Below, in pieces: positions 38,180-47,753 of a DNA stretch of 64,000 nucleotides (position 1 is its first letter; each line of letters begins with the position of its first letter). The notes under the pieces were generated by a model. It saw only the letters and a program-made list of their open reading frames with translations, was not told the origin of the DNA and did not search any database. The stretch comes from Desulfobacterales bacterium. Its GTDB lineage: Bacteria; Desulfobacterota; Desulfobacteria; Desulfobacterales; UBA11574. Where the stretch lies: contig JAQYVT010000003.1 in NCBI GenBank assembly GCA_030145345.1, positions 2,318-66,317 of the forward strand. The letters run 5' to 3'. A program made the translations under genes and the position numbers.

Positions 38180-38412
38180 GTAACCGTTCACAGGTTCAGG
38201 GTTCAACGTTCAGGGTTAAGGACAAAGAAAGCATGAAGATTCGAAGTCCTCGTTACAAATGTTCATTTTCCCAAGTAATTGGCAATTTAGCTTCAAATTT
38301 TGGATTAGGACTGACGAAACTGACGTTTTTCTCGTAAATACGCATCCCAAATGCAGTCGGAAGACAAGAATGGAACCTTGAACCCCTGAACCTTTGAAAC
38401 CGTGAAGTTTAC
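38180..38412 (-). mobile_element. ~233-bp repeated element, copy 2 (inverted)
   Basis: Reverse complement of 41227-41459. Confidence 0.85.
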
Positions 38413-38461
38413 AATAAATATAATACAGATTCTATACTCAAGGATCTAAAGGAGTGTTAAT

Positions 38462-38707
38462 ATGCCGATATATGAATTCAAGTGCTTAAAATGTGAGGAA
38501 TTTATCGAGCTGCTCGTCATGAATAAGGATGAAGAAATTGAACTCAAATGCCCAAAATGCGCCGGCGAGAATCTCGAACGGGTTTTGAGCTCCACCAGCT
38601 ACAGCATGGGCGTTGGTTCCGGGACCGGCCAGGGGGCTAAATCCCAGACCAGAACCTGTGGGAGCGGTTCGTGCACCACTTACGAAGTGCCCGGTCACAC
38701 ACGATAA
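38462..38707 (+). CDS. FmdB-family zinc-ribbon protein
   Basis: MPIYEFKCLKC...CPKC...LERVLS; AAGGAG RBS. Confidence 0.88.
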   Translation: MPIYEFKCLKCEEFIELLVMNKDEEIELKCPKCAGENLERVLSSTSYSMGVGSGTGQGAKSQTRTCGSGSCTTYEVPGHTR

Positions 38708-38729
38708 ATGTTTTGCCCAAGATAATTTT

Positions 38730-39146
38730 ATGCTTGTACACGATGATATATTTTTCTGGCAGGGTTGGGGCGGAAAGCTAAAACTCGGTAGCGGGAAATG
38801 CAGGCTGCGCATCTATGATCTTAAAAAGGGAGATAAAAAGGGCCTGATGCATTTAAGGCCTATTATTGTCGTGGTGTCCGACGTAGAAGACAGTAAAATG
38901 TCGGTAAGAAGCTGCAGCAGTCACATCGCCACCCTGGTTTCAAAGGAGTTCAATATCGATCCCCATCGTATGCTTTGGGTAGAGTATTATCCGAAACAGC
39001 AGTATGGGGTCGATCCGCCACATGATATCCCTGAAAAATTTGATGCCGTTGAATTCGAATGGCATGGGGACAAGGCGATTCAACCCAAATGGCGTGAATT
39101 AAAATCACCGCTGCTGGATGAAGTCAAAAAATTGATTTTTGTCTAA
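38730..39146 (+). CDS. Hypothetical protein
   Basis: 138 aa with protein-like composition (WQGWGGKLKLGSGKC...WVEYYP); follows the FmdB gene. Confidence 0.6.
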   Translation: MLVHDDIFFWQGWGGKLKLGSGKCRLRIYDLKKGDKKGLMHLRPIIVVVSDVEDSKMSVRSCSSHIATLVSKEFNIDPHRMLWVEYYPKQQYGVDPPHDIPEKFDAVEFEWHGDKAIQPKWRELKSPLLDEVKKLIFV

Positions 39147-39514
39147 AACCGGGAGCTTTGCCCCCGGTGGCAAATGCAACGATCAAAGCACTAACGTGCT
39201 TTTGCCTTTTCGGCCTGTGGCCGAAAATTCAAGTCACCCGTTTTCCGGGTGGTCGTTGACGCGCGATGGATAAAAATACGAGGTGCCGCTGTTGATGTAA
39301 ATTAAGGCAAATCTCCTTCGGCGGCAATCAAAGCCGGGCACTTTGAGCCCAGATCTATATTTTTTAAGCGCTTATTTTTACATACGAAATTCCTTGTTCC
39401 ATATTCGCCATTCATATTGCTCAGCAGCATATTTGCGGCGCGAATGAAATTTAAGCATTTCCCTTTTAATTCAATCTTATCCCAGGGTAAAGGCAAACAA
39501 AAAAAGAGGTAACA

Positions 39515-40999
39515 ATGGCTTTCAGCTTGGCGCTCATCATCATTTTGGGGTTAGTCGCTGATTATCTGTTTAAACGCCTGCAATTGCCCGGTCTGATCGG
39601 CATGCTTATCGTCGGGGTTCTGGTCGGTCCGTATGTATTGAATTTTATGTCTCCTGAAATGATGGGAGTTTCAGGAGATTTCAGGAAAATAGCCCTGATC
39701 GTGATTCTGCTTCGGGCCGGATTTGAACTCCGCCGGGATGCCTTGAGACGGGTCGGACGCGCTGCGGTTATCATGAGCGCCGTGCCGGCTGTTTTTGAAA
39801 TTGGCGGGATTATGCTTGTGGCGCCCAGGCTGCTAAATATAACCTATCTCGAGGCCGCCATTCTGGGTTCCATCTTGGCTGCGGTCTCTCCGGCCGTTGT
39901 CGTTCCCCTGATGATCGACTTTATGGATCGAGGGCGGGGGTCTAAAAAGGGAATCCCCACTCTGATCCTGGGTGCTTCTTCGTTGGATGATGTTTTCGTT
40001 ATCGTTCTGTTTACCGTATTTTTAGGCATGTACGGTGGAGAACAAAGCAATATTTTTATTCAGCTGGCTGAAATTCCGATTTCCATCACACTGGGGATTA
40101 TCGTAGGAATCATTCCCGGATATTTTTTGTACCGTCTTTTTACCAAATATGACTGGCGTCCCCCTAAACGGACGATGATGGTCATGGGAGTGGCCATCGT
40201 TCTTACCTGGATGGAATCGGTTTGCGAAGCGCATGTGCCTGTGGCAAGCCTTCTGGGCGTTATGGCCATCGGGTTTGTCATCTTGGAAAAATCAGAACCC
40301 ATCGCACATATCATTTCTCAGAAACTAAAAAAACTATGGATAGTTGCAGAGCTTTTGCTGTTTGTTCTGGTGGGGGCTCAGGTGAACATTCATGTGGCCT
40401 GGAAAGCAGGATTGGCCGGAGCCCTGGTTATTTTCATCGGTCTTATCTTTAGAAGTGTCGGCACGTATGTGTCACTCATCGGGACGCCCTTTGATTGGAA
40501 AGAAAGACTCTTTTGCGTGGTGGCGTACATCCCCAAAGCCACTGTCCAGGCTGCCATTGGGGCGGTTCCCCTTGCGGCCGGCGTCGCTTCGGGAGAGGTA
40601 ATTCTGGCTGTCGCGGTTTTGTCCATTCTCCTAACCGCGCCCATTGGGGCCATCGGCATTATGATTTTTGGTGAAAAAGTTCTAGATTACGGCGAACTTT
40701 CCATGTACCGGTTTAAAGAGTTGCGGGAGAAGCTGGCGCTTCCCCATGTGGGTGAAAGGGTCAGAAGCAAAGTCTCCGGATCTGTATGGAAGGTGATCGA
40801 GCAAAAAGAAGTGTGGCTGAAGGACCCGGCGAGATCAGGCAGTTCCGAAGGTGCTATGGGTTTACTTCCGGCCATTTATTTGCGGTACTGGAGAGAAAAC
40901 AAAAATACGGGAGCGGGCAAAGGTAAAACGCTGTCGTATCATTACACCCAGAAAGAGGGGGCATTTCAGGATCATTGGGAAATTCTCTATGACTGGTAG
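39515..40999 (+). CDS. Cation:proton antiporter (CPA superfamily) with soluble C-terminal extension
   Basis: ILLRAG, AVSPAVVVP, SSLDDV, PKATVQAAIG motifs; about 12 TMs. Confidence 0.85.
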   Translation: MAFSLALIIILGLVADYLFKRLQLPGLIGMLIVGVLVGPYVLNFMSPEMMGVSGDFRKIALIVILLRAGFELRRDALRRVGRAAVIMSAVPAVFEIGGIMLVAPRLLNITYLEAAILGSILAAVSPAVVVPLMIDFMDRGRGSKKGIPTLILGASSLDDVFVIVLFTVFLGMYGGEQSNIFIQLAEIPISITLGIIVGIIPGYFLYRLFTKYDWRPPKRTMMVMGVAIVLTWMESVCEAHVPVASLLGVMAIGFVILEKSEPIAHIISQKLKKLWIVAELLLFVLVGAQVNIHVAWKAGLAGALVIFIGLIFRSVGTYVSLIGTPFDWKERLFCVVAYIPKATVQAAIGAVPLAAGVASGEVILAVAVLSILLTAPIGAIGIMIFGEKVLDYGELSMYRFKELREKLALPHVGERVRSKVSGSVWKVIEQKEVWLKDPARSGSSEGAMGLLPAIYLRYWRENKNTGAGKGKTLSYHYTQKEGAFQDHWEILYDW

Positions 41000-41003
41000 T
41001 ATT

Positions 41004-41213
41004 GATGGTCTCGTAAAAAGTCCGTTTTGTTCGCTCGGTGAACATTTGGGGGCGTTTCAAGCGGTGCTGCTAAATCACACCGGAGGCGGATAAATTTCAA
41101 GAACTCGTCGCAAGCGCCTTAAACAGCTTAAAATTTTTAACGCATCACCGCTTGAAACACTGGATTCCCAAATGATCAGATATCGCTCACAAAAGACTTT
41201 TTACGAGTTTGTC
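41004..41213. mobile_element. MITE of the ...TCGTAAAAAGTC TIR family with flanking direct repeat AGTATT
   Basis: GATGGTCTCGTAAAAAGTC ... GACTTTTTACGAGTTTGTC; AGTATT on both sides. Confidence 0.75.
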
Positions 41214-41226
41214 AGTATTGATATAC

Positions 41227-41459
41227 GTAAGCGTTCACGGGTTCAAAGGTTCAGGGGTTCAAGGTTCCATTCTTGTCCCCGGACTGCATTTAGGATGCGT
41301 ATTTACGAGAAAAGCTTCAGTTTCGTCAGTCCTAATCCAAAATTTGAAGCTAAATTGGCAATTACTTGGGAAAATGAACTTTGTAACGAGGACTTCGAAT
41401 CTTCATGCTTTCTTTGTCCTTAACCCTGAACGTTGAACCCTGAACCTGTGAACGGTTAC
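41227..41459 (+). mobile_element. ~233-bp repeated element, copy 3
   Basis: Termini GTAAGCGTTCAC / GTGAACGGTTAC with internal GGTTCA repeat arms. Confidence 0.85.
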
Positions 41460-41505
41460 TGATATTCCAATCTAAAAAATAAACTGGACGAGTTGGGAGG
41501 ATATT

Positions 41506-41907
41506 ATGGCGTGCAAAGTGATTCAAACAGATCGAGCGCCGGCGGCCATCGGGCCGTATTCCCAGGGGATCGCTGTGGCGCCCTGGCTTTTTATAAGCGG
41601 GCAGCTTGGCATACAACCTGAGACCGGAGAACTGATCGGTCCTGATTTTGTTCCCCAGGCCAGGCAAGCACTGGAAAACCTCCGCCAGGTGGTACTGGCC
41701 GCAGGATACGATCTGGACCATGTGGTTGCGGTGGATGTTTTTGTTATTGATTTGAACAATTTTGCCGATTTCAACGAAATATACACCGAATATTTTTCAG
41801 CGCATCGCCCGGCCAGGGCCGTCGTGGAGGTTAGTGCGCTGCCCAAAGGCGCCTGCATCGAAATCAAGTGCATTGCATGCTACAAGCCGGGAACGTCGAG
41901 CACTTGA
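41506..41907 (+). CDS. ridA: RidA/YjgF family reactive-intermediate deaminase
   Basis: APAAIGPYSQG, SGQLG, RPARAVVEVSALPKG. Confidence 0.88.
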   Translation: MACKVIQTDRAPAAIGPYSQGIAVAPWLFISGQLGIQPETGELIGPDFVPQARQALENLRQVVLAAGYDLDHVVAVDVFVIDLNNFADFNEIYTEYFSAHRPARAVVEVSALPKGACIEIKCIACYKPGTSST

Positions 41908-42368
41908 GTTTCATGTCCGGTCTTACCCAGAAATCGTTCGATATTATCCCGTGAAATAACCAGGGTGCTTGTGTTGACAAGGGGATGGAACTGAAAAGCG
42001 TCTGACTCCCATAAAGCGGTGTCTATGATTATCTCTACCGCTTTATCCATATCGTTTACAGCCGCAAAAATGGAGACGGATCCGGGGTCCACACCCAGAT
42101 ATTTTTTCAAGCGTTCCGGAGAGCCAAACCGCAATTTGCTGCTGTTAAGAATTGCTCGCAGCGCTTTTAAATTGACCCGTTTTTCACCTCTGACAATAAT
42201 CAGAAAGTGTCTTAATCCTTTCGTGTCGCGTAAAAAAAGACTTTTTGTCTTTGCCGCCGGTAGTGGCGGAACCAGTCGATGGACGTCCTCAACCGTAAAA
42301 ACCGGGGGATGATTATGGCGTTCGCATTCTATCTGGTGGTCGGCAAGAAATTTATAAATGTCGGTCAT
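41880..42368 (-). CDS. YbaK/ProX-family aminoacyl-tRNA editing (trans-editing) protein
   Basis: HPPVFTVED, KTKSLFLRD, LGVDPGSVS, FHPLVNT. Confidence 0.88.
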   Translation of the reverse strand: MTDIYKFLADHQIECERHNHPPVFTVEDVHRLVPPLPAAKTKSLFLRDTKGLRHFLIIVRGEKRVNLKALRAILNSSKLRFGSPERLKKYLGVDPGSVSIFAAVNDMDKAVEIIIDTALWESDAFQFHPLVNTSTLVISRDNIERFLGKTGHETQVLDVPGL

Positions 42369-42565
42369 ATCACTTTGACTCCTGTTGATTTAATCCCTTG
42401 GTTCCAAAATATTGGCTTTATATTCTTATAGAATTTTAAACATTTATCATGGCATGATGCGCGTACTTCCCATAAATATGTTTCGATAATACGAAACATT
42501 ATTTGAAAAAGCGCTATAGCACAAAACGCCGGCCAATTCATCCAAAAAATGGGAGATGAACCTCT

Positions 42566-43003
42566 ATGGACGTACAACACCCAGAGACCCTTATAAAGGA
42601 AACCATTGCCTATCTCATCCGCCGGCTGGATGAAAATACCGATGCGGAAAATTTTTTGCGGTATTCGTTTAATCTCAAAACAGATTCCAACGCGTGGGAA
42701 TTTCTAAAAAAACAGTTTATTGATTCGTATCATTACAAAGATCGAGCCGGCAAGACGCCGAACCGCATCCAGAATCGGGGACATGAATCATTCCCCGAAA
42801 CAATGGGGACGCTCCACCAAAACGAATTCAACAACGAACCGGATACAGACTGGTCTCCGGCTGCAAATCGCAGATGGGCCAAAGCCGTCCGGGGAAGGTG
42901 GAAAAAATCTTCGTCGGATCCGTTGGAAAAAATTCCCCTGGTGGTGGCCGTAGAAGTTTTTTCACCTGTGCGAGAGGAATATTTGCCGGAAAACCTGGTT
43001 TAA
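42566..43003 (+). pseudogene. Internal fragment of PutA (proline dehydrogenase/P5C dehydrogenase)
   Basis: IAYLIRRLDENT..ENFLR (PRODH C-terminal motif) and FNNEPDTDW linker, without the rest of either domain. Confidence 0.65.
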
Positions 43004-43101
43004 AACGAAATTTTTCTAGAATCTTGCCCGATACGGAAGAAACAGACCCAGCGGTTGCAGTGTTAAAGGCCGCAGGGGATTGAAGGGTCCTGTTACGCCA
43101 T

Positions 43102-43506
43102 ATGAAAAATATTGAAATTATAAAACTTCAAGATTACAGCGATATAAGAGGCGCATTGTTTAGCGTTTCTGAAGCGGACATCATTTTTTTAGATAAAATA
43201 CAAAACATCCATTTTGGGAAAATTCATCCAAATTCAATTCGCGGAAATCATTTTCATGGTCAAAGGAAAGAAATTTTAATCATCGCGTATTCAGATACAT
43301 GGACATTGGCCTGGGCCAAAAAGGATTCCTCCGAAACCACAGAAAAGAATTTCAAGGGATCCGGGGCCGTATTGATCAAAATAAATTCAGAAATCGCACA
43401 TGCCGTTAAAAATGACGGCAAAAAGGATTTGGAAATCATTTCATTGTCAAACAGGATATTTTCCAAAGAGAACCCAGATACATTTTCAAAGATTCTCATG
43501 GAATAG
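43102..43506 (+). CDS. WxcM/CapF-like cupin (sugar epimerase-like) protein
   Basis: DIRG...RGNHFH...E...AHAVKN...NPDT. Confidence 0.7.
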   Translation: MKNIEIIKLQDYSDIRGALFSVSEADIIFLDKIQNIHFGKIHPNSIRGNHFHGQRKEILIIAYSDTWTLAWAKKDSSETTEKNFKGSGAVLIKINSEIAHAVKNDGKKDLEIISLSNRIFSKENPDTFSKILME

Positions 43507-43693
43507 TTCATCTATTATAAAACAAAAAAAAATGAATATGGGCTCATTCGGTTGAATTAAAATTTCAAGACCAAAGGCATCCGCAACTCCCAGCCCTTCC
43601 ATCCCTAACCCACCTTTTTTATTTAATATCTGTCAGTTATTCATTCGAAGAATTCTTTTTAATTTTCCTTGACATTTTTCAATGCCGTTGATA

Positions 43694-43713
43694 ATGAATG
43701 AGTATTCATTCAT
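43694..43713. promoter_or_regulatory. FadR(YsiA)-type operator ATGAATGAGTATTCATTCAT
   Basis: Palindrome just downstream of TTGACA (43669-43674) and upstream of a TetR gene; a second copy is at 49665. Confidence 0.75.
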
Positions 43714-43762
43714 AAATAATTTTTATTTTCCCAATGAAACATTTGGGTTGAGGAGGTCCGTT

Positions 43763-44353
43763 ATTCGTACCAAAGAAAAAATAAATGACAAATATGATCG
43801 CATCCTTGAAGCAGCGGTCAAAGTATTTGCGGAGCAAGGCTTTTACCAGTCAACAGTTTCGCAGATCGCCAGGGAAGCAGGGGTTGCTGACGGTACTATC
43901 TATCTTTATTTCAAAAACAAAGATGATATCCTGGTTCAGTTTTTCAGCTATAAAACCAGACAGGTTTTTGCTCGCTTCAGAGCGGAAGTTGACGGCGCCG
44001 ACAATGCCGTTGATAAACTTCGCAATCTTATTCGTCGACATCTCGAGGAATTTCAGAATGACAGGAATATGGCAATGGTCTATCGGGCTGAAACCCATCA
44101 GAACAGCCGCCTGGTCGAAGCGCAGATAAAAGAGATGTCCAAGATGTATCTTGATATAGTTTCAGAAATTGTCGAACAGGGCCAGGAAGAAGGGGTAGTC
44201 CGGAGAGATTTATACCTGAGCCTTGTTAAGCGTTTTATTCTGGGTGCCGTTGATGAGGTCATTAATACCTGGATCCATTCGGATGGAAAATACGACCTTG
44301 TGACCATGGCAGATCCACTTGTAGACCTTTTTATAAGGGGAATCGGCGTATAA
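43763..44353 (+). CDS. TetR-family regulator, FadR(YsiA)-like (start uncertain: ATT 43763 or TTG 43748)
   Basis: KYDRILEAAVKVFAEQGF...IAREAGVADGTIYLYFKNKDDIL; fatty-acid catabolic neighbours. Confidence 0.88.
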   Translation: MRTKEKINDKYDRILEAAVKVFAEQGFYQSTVSQIAREAGVADGTIYLYFKNKDDILVQFFSYKTRQVFARFRAEVDGADNAVDKLRNLIRRHLEEFQNDRNMAMVYRAETHQNSRLVEAQIKEMSKMYLDIVSEIVEQGQEEGVVRRDLYLSLVKRFILGAVDEVINTWIHSDGKYDLVTMADPLVDLFIRGIGV

Positions 44354-44433
44354 AGATGCCGGCGGTGTTTTACAGCGTTATTTCCCTCGAGCAGATCGAG
44401 TTGACATAAAAAACAAAAAGGAGGGACTGGAAA

Positions 44434-46248
44434 ATGGCACAATATATTGCAGATAGAAGGGACGTAGATTTTGTCCTTCACGAGCAGTTGCAGGTTGAAA
44501 ATCTGAGTCAACATGAAACGTTTGCTGAGTTTAATAAAAAAACGGTGGATATGATTGTATCCGAAGCCCGCAACCTTGCGATTAAAGAGATTCTTCCCAC
44601 CCAAATATTGGGTGACCGGGAAGGATGTAAGTTTAACAACGGAGCGGTGACGGTCCCGGAGTCTTTTCACCGAGCTTATGAACTCTTAAAGGAAGGTGAA
44701 TGGGTGGCAATGACTGAAGACCCCGAGTGGGGGGGGCAGGGAATGCCGACGACCGTTGCGTTGGCGGTCAGTGATTATCTCGTGGGTGCGAACTACGGGT
44801 TTATGATATATTCGGGGCTGACCCACGGTGCAGGAAAACTTGTTGAAGCCTTTGGGACCGACAAACAGAAACAGCTTTTTCTTGAAAAAATGTACACCGG
44901 TGAATGGACCGGTACGATGCTGCTTACGGAACCTGAAGCAGGATCGGATGTGGGGGCCCTCACAACTTCTGCGGTCAAGAATGATGACGGGACATATTCC
45001 ATTACCGGGAACAAGATCTTCATCTCCGGAGGGGAACACGATCTGTCCGAAAATATCGTTCATCCTGTTTTGGCCCGTATCGAAGGCGCTCCTGAAGGGA
45101 GCAAGGGTATTTCACTCTTCCTTGTCCCCAAATTTTGGGTGAACGATGACGGGAGTCTGGGCGAGTTCAATGACGTGGTCTGTACCGGCATCGAAGAGAA
45201 AATGGGGATCCATGGCAATTCAACCTGCTCCCTGACGCTTGGCGGCAAGGGCAAATGCAGGGGAACGCTGCTGGGCGAGGAGAACAAAGGCATGCGGGCC
45301 ATGTTTCTGATGATGAATGAAGCGCGTCTCCTGGTAGGCCTTCAAGGTTTCGGTTGTGCCTCGTCAGCGTACATGTATGCCGTTGATTACGCCCGGCAGA
45401 GGATACAGGGGAAAAATCTCCTGCAGATACTCGATAAGAATGCGCCATCGGTTCCGATCATACAGCATCCGGATATACGGCGCCAGTTGATGACCATGAA
45501 GGTGTATGTTGAAGGGATACGAAGTCTTCTCTATTATATCGGAATGTGTGAAGATCGGATAAAAATTACGGAAGACATGGAAGAAAAAACCAAATATCAA
45601 GGCATCGTCGATGTCCTCATACCGATTGCCAAAGGGTATGTCACCGACCGGTGCTTCGAGGTTTGCAGCCATGGTATCCAGATTTACGGCGGCTACGGGT
45701 ATATTCAGGATTATCCCATGGAACAACTCCTCCGAGATTGTCGGATAACGATGATCTATGAAGGTACAAACGGGATTCAGGCCATGGATCTTCTGGGAAG
45801 AAAGCTGGGATTGAATAAAGGAAAACCGATCCTGGATCTTTTGGGTGAGATTCAAAAAACCATTGCAAAGGCCAAAGAGACCGCCGGACTGGAAGACTTT
45901 GCAGCCAGGTTGGAAGGCGCGATCAATAAGTTGGGTGAGGTTGCACTGCATATGGGAACAACGGCCATGTCGCCCAAAGTGATGAATGCTTTCGCCTTTG
46001 CATATCCTTTCATGGAAGTATGCGGTGATGTGATTATGTCGTGGATGCTGCTGTGGCGCGCAACGATTGCTGCCGTAAAACTGGATAACGGCGCCAAGAG
46101 AAAGGATATCCCCTTCTACGAGGGCCAGATTAAAAGTGCCGAATTTTTCCTCTGCACGATCCTTCCGATTACTTTTGGCAAGATGAAAGCCATTCTGGCC
46201 ACCAACGGCGCTGCTGTGGAGATGGATGAAAAATCATTTGGCGGATAA
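44434..46248 (+). CDS. Acyl-CoA dehydrogenase (~600-aa long-type)
   Basis: TMLLTEPEAGSDVG, KIFISGGEHD, EKMGIHG, IYEGTNGIQAMDL. Confidence 0.93.
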   Translation: MAQYIADRRDVDFVLHEQLQVENLSQHETFAEFNKKTVDMIVSEARNLAIKEILPTQILGDREGCKFNNGAVTVPESFHRAYELLKEGEWVAMTEDPEWGGQGMPTTVALAVSDYLVGANYGFMIYSGLTHGAGKLVEAFGTDKQKQLFLEKMYTGEWTGTMLLTEPEAGSDVGALTTSAVKNDDGTYSITGNKIFISGGEHDLSENIVHPVLARIEGAPEGSKGISLFLVPKFWVNDDGSLGEFNDVVCTGIEEKMGIHGNSTCSLTLGGKGKCRGTLLGEENKGMRAMFLMMNEARLLVGLQGFGCASSAYMYAVDYARQRIQGKNLLQILDKNAPSVPIIQHPDIRRQLMTMKVYVEGIRSLLYYIGMCEDRIKITEDMEEKTKYQGIVDVLIPIAKGYVTDRCFEVCSHGIQIYGGYGYIQDYPMEQLLRDCRITMIYEGTNGIQAMDLLGRKLGLNKGKPILDLLGEIQKTIAKAKETAGLEDFAARLEGAINKLGEVALHMGTTAMSPKVMNAFAFAYPFMEVCGDVIMSWMLLWRATIAAVKLDNGAKRKDIPFYEGQIKSAEFFLCTILPITFGKMKAILATNGAAVEMDEKSFGG

Positions 46249-46280
46249 ATTTGTCTGCATATAAAAAATTGTACCCTTGG

Positions 46281-46311
46281 ATACCCCGCCGCTTTCTGCG
46301 GGGAGCTTCAT
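46281..46311 (+). repeat. Short palindromic repeat, copy 2
   Basis: ATACCCCGCCGCTTTCTGCGGGGAGCTTCAT. Confidence 0.7.
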
Positions 46312-46327
46312 TTCAAATGGATAGCGT

Positions 46328-47632
46328 TCATGGGGCCTTTGGTTTAAACGTCTCTTTGGTAAGCATCGTACACACAAGGGATACAATGGAAGCGCCGAGG
46401 AGAATAAGAATGAGCATCGAGTAGGCTTCAAGGGTATATTCCCCGGTGTTTGACTTGGGATACGCATCTAAAACCCGGCCCAAAAGTGGCATAAAGACGG
46501 CACCCCCCAGGAAAGGGAAGAGATTGACCAAGCCGGTTGAGGTCCCGGCAATCTCCGTGGGGAAAAGCTCTTTAATAAGGGTAAATCCCAATACCACAAC
46601 CGATGAAGCACATATGGAAAAAACAAAAAATAGAATATACAGAGCGATTCGTGGAAGGCCGATGGGGTAAATGCTCAGAAATGCGAGCTCGATGACCAGC
46701 ACGATGTTGCATAAAATAAAAGGTTTTTTTCGACTTTTCATTAACTTGTCCGATAAAAATCCAAGGGGGGGACTTCCGATGATCATGCCCCATGCAATCA
46801 TACTGAGAACCGTGCCGGCTTCCGCCCGGGTCATGCCGTAAACATGCATCAGGTAAGGTCCGCCCCACAGCGCGCCAAAACCGAAAAATATCCCGCAATC
46901 GAAAAAGAACCAAATCGCCACCGGCCAGAAGTATTTTTCAGAAACGACTCGCCGAGCCCCTTCCAGCAGGGGTATCTGCTTAAACGTCCGGGAGGTTTTC
47001 CCGCTTTCTTCACCGAATAATTCATCGATGGAGGGCCAGCCTTTATCTTCAGGCCGATCCCTTACAATCAACCATACCAGCACGACGATGATGAACGTGC
47101 AGCCGCCAATCACCTCAAAAGAGACGCGCCATCCGAAAATCAGCGTCATCAAAGCAAGCAGCCATGTGGCTGCAAAAACCCCCATTCCGCCGATTGCATT
47201 TAAAATGCCTGTCATGAAAGCAAATTCTTGAGGACGAAACCATTGGGATAAAATTTTCATGGTGGGGATAAAGACCATGGAAACACCGAGGCCCACCATC
47301 ACCCTTCCCGCAAAGGCAATTTTTATGGTCGGCGCAAACCCGAAAATAATACTGCCTACGGAAGCGATAATTAAAAAAAACGTCACAGATTTTCTGGGGC
47401 CCAATGAATCTGAAAGGAGTCCTGCAGGAAATTGCATGAAGGCATAGCAGTAAAAGTATGTCGATCCCAGCAGTCCCATTACACTGGCGGTTGTCTGGTA
47501 GTCTTTTATCAGATCGTCCGCCACGACGGACAGCGAGAGGCGGTGGAAATAAACAAAAAAATAGGCCAGGGCAAGTACTAAAAAAACCAGCCACCTAAAG
47601 CGCATTATCTTTCCGGTGATGTCTTCGGTCAT
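46328..47632 (-). CDS. MFS transporter
   Basis: GLLSDSLGPRK motif A; about 12 TMs. Confidence 0.9.
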   Translation of the reverse strand: MTEDITGKIMRFRWLVFLVLALAYFFVYFHRLSLSVVADDLIKDYQTTASVMGLLGSTYFYCYAFMQFPAGLLSDSLGPRKSVTFFLIIASVGSIIFGFAPTIKIAFAGRVMVGLGVSMVFIPTMKILSQWFRPQEFAFMTGILNAIGGMGVFAATWLLALMTLIFGWRVSFEVIGGCTFIIVVLVWLIVRDRPEDKGWPSIDELFGEESGKTSRTFKQIPLLEGARRVVSEKYFWPVAIWFFFDCGIFFGFGALWGGPYLMHVYGMTRAEAGTVLSMIAWGMIIGSPPLGFLSDKLMKSRKKPFILCNIVLVIELAFLSIYPIGLPRIALYILFFVFSICASSVVVLGFTLIKELFPTEIAGTSTGLVNLFPFLGGAVFMPLLGRVLDAYPKSNTGEYTLEAYSMLILILLGASIVSLVCTMLTKETFKPKAP

Positions 47633-47720
47633 CCTTTCTCCACAGGTATTGCTTTAACCCTTTAAAAACCGGATTTTCTGAATGCGGCAACTTTTATAGG
47701 GGCTGGGATAAAAATTCGGA

Positions 47721-47753
47721 AATACCCCGTCCGCTTTCGGCGGGGAGTTTCAT
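47721..47753 (+). repeat. Short palindromic repeat, copy 3
   Basis: AATACCCCGTCCGCTTTCGGCGGGGAGTTTCAT; overlaps the CoA-ligase stop codon. Confidence 0.7.

Noticed and set aside
39147-39514. Riboswitch (c-di-GMP, c-di-AMP or Na+) upstream of the antiporter
   Set aside because: Several hairpins and GGCAAA words are present, but I could not match a full consensus by eye; an Rfam scan is needed.
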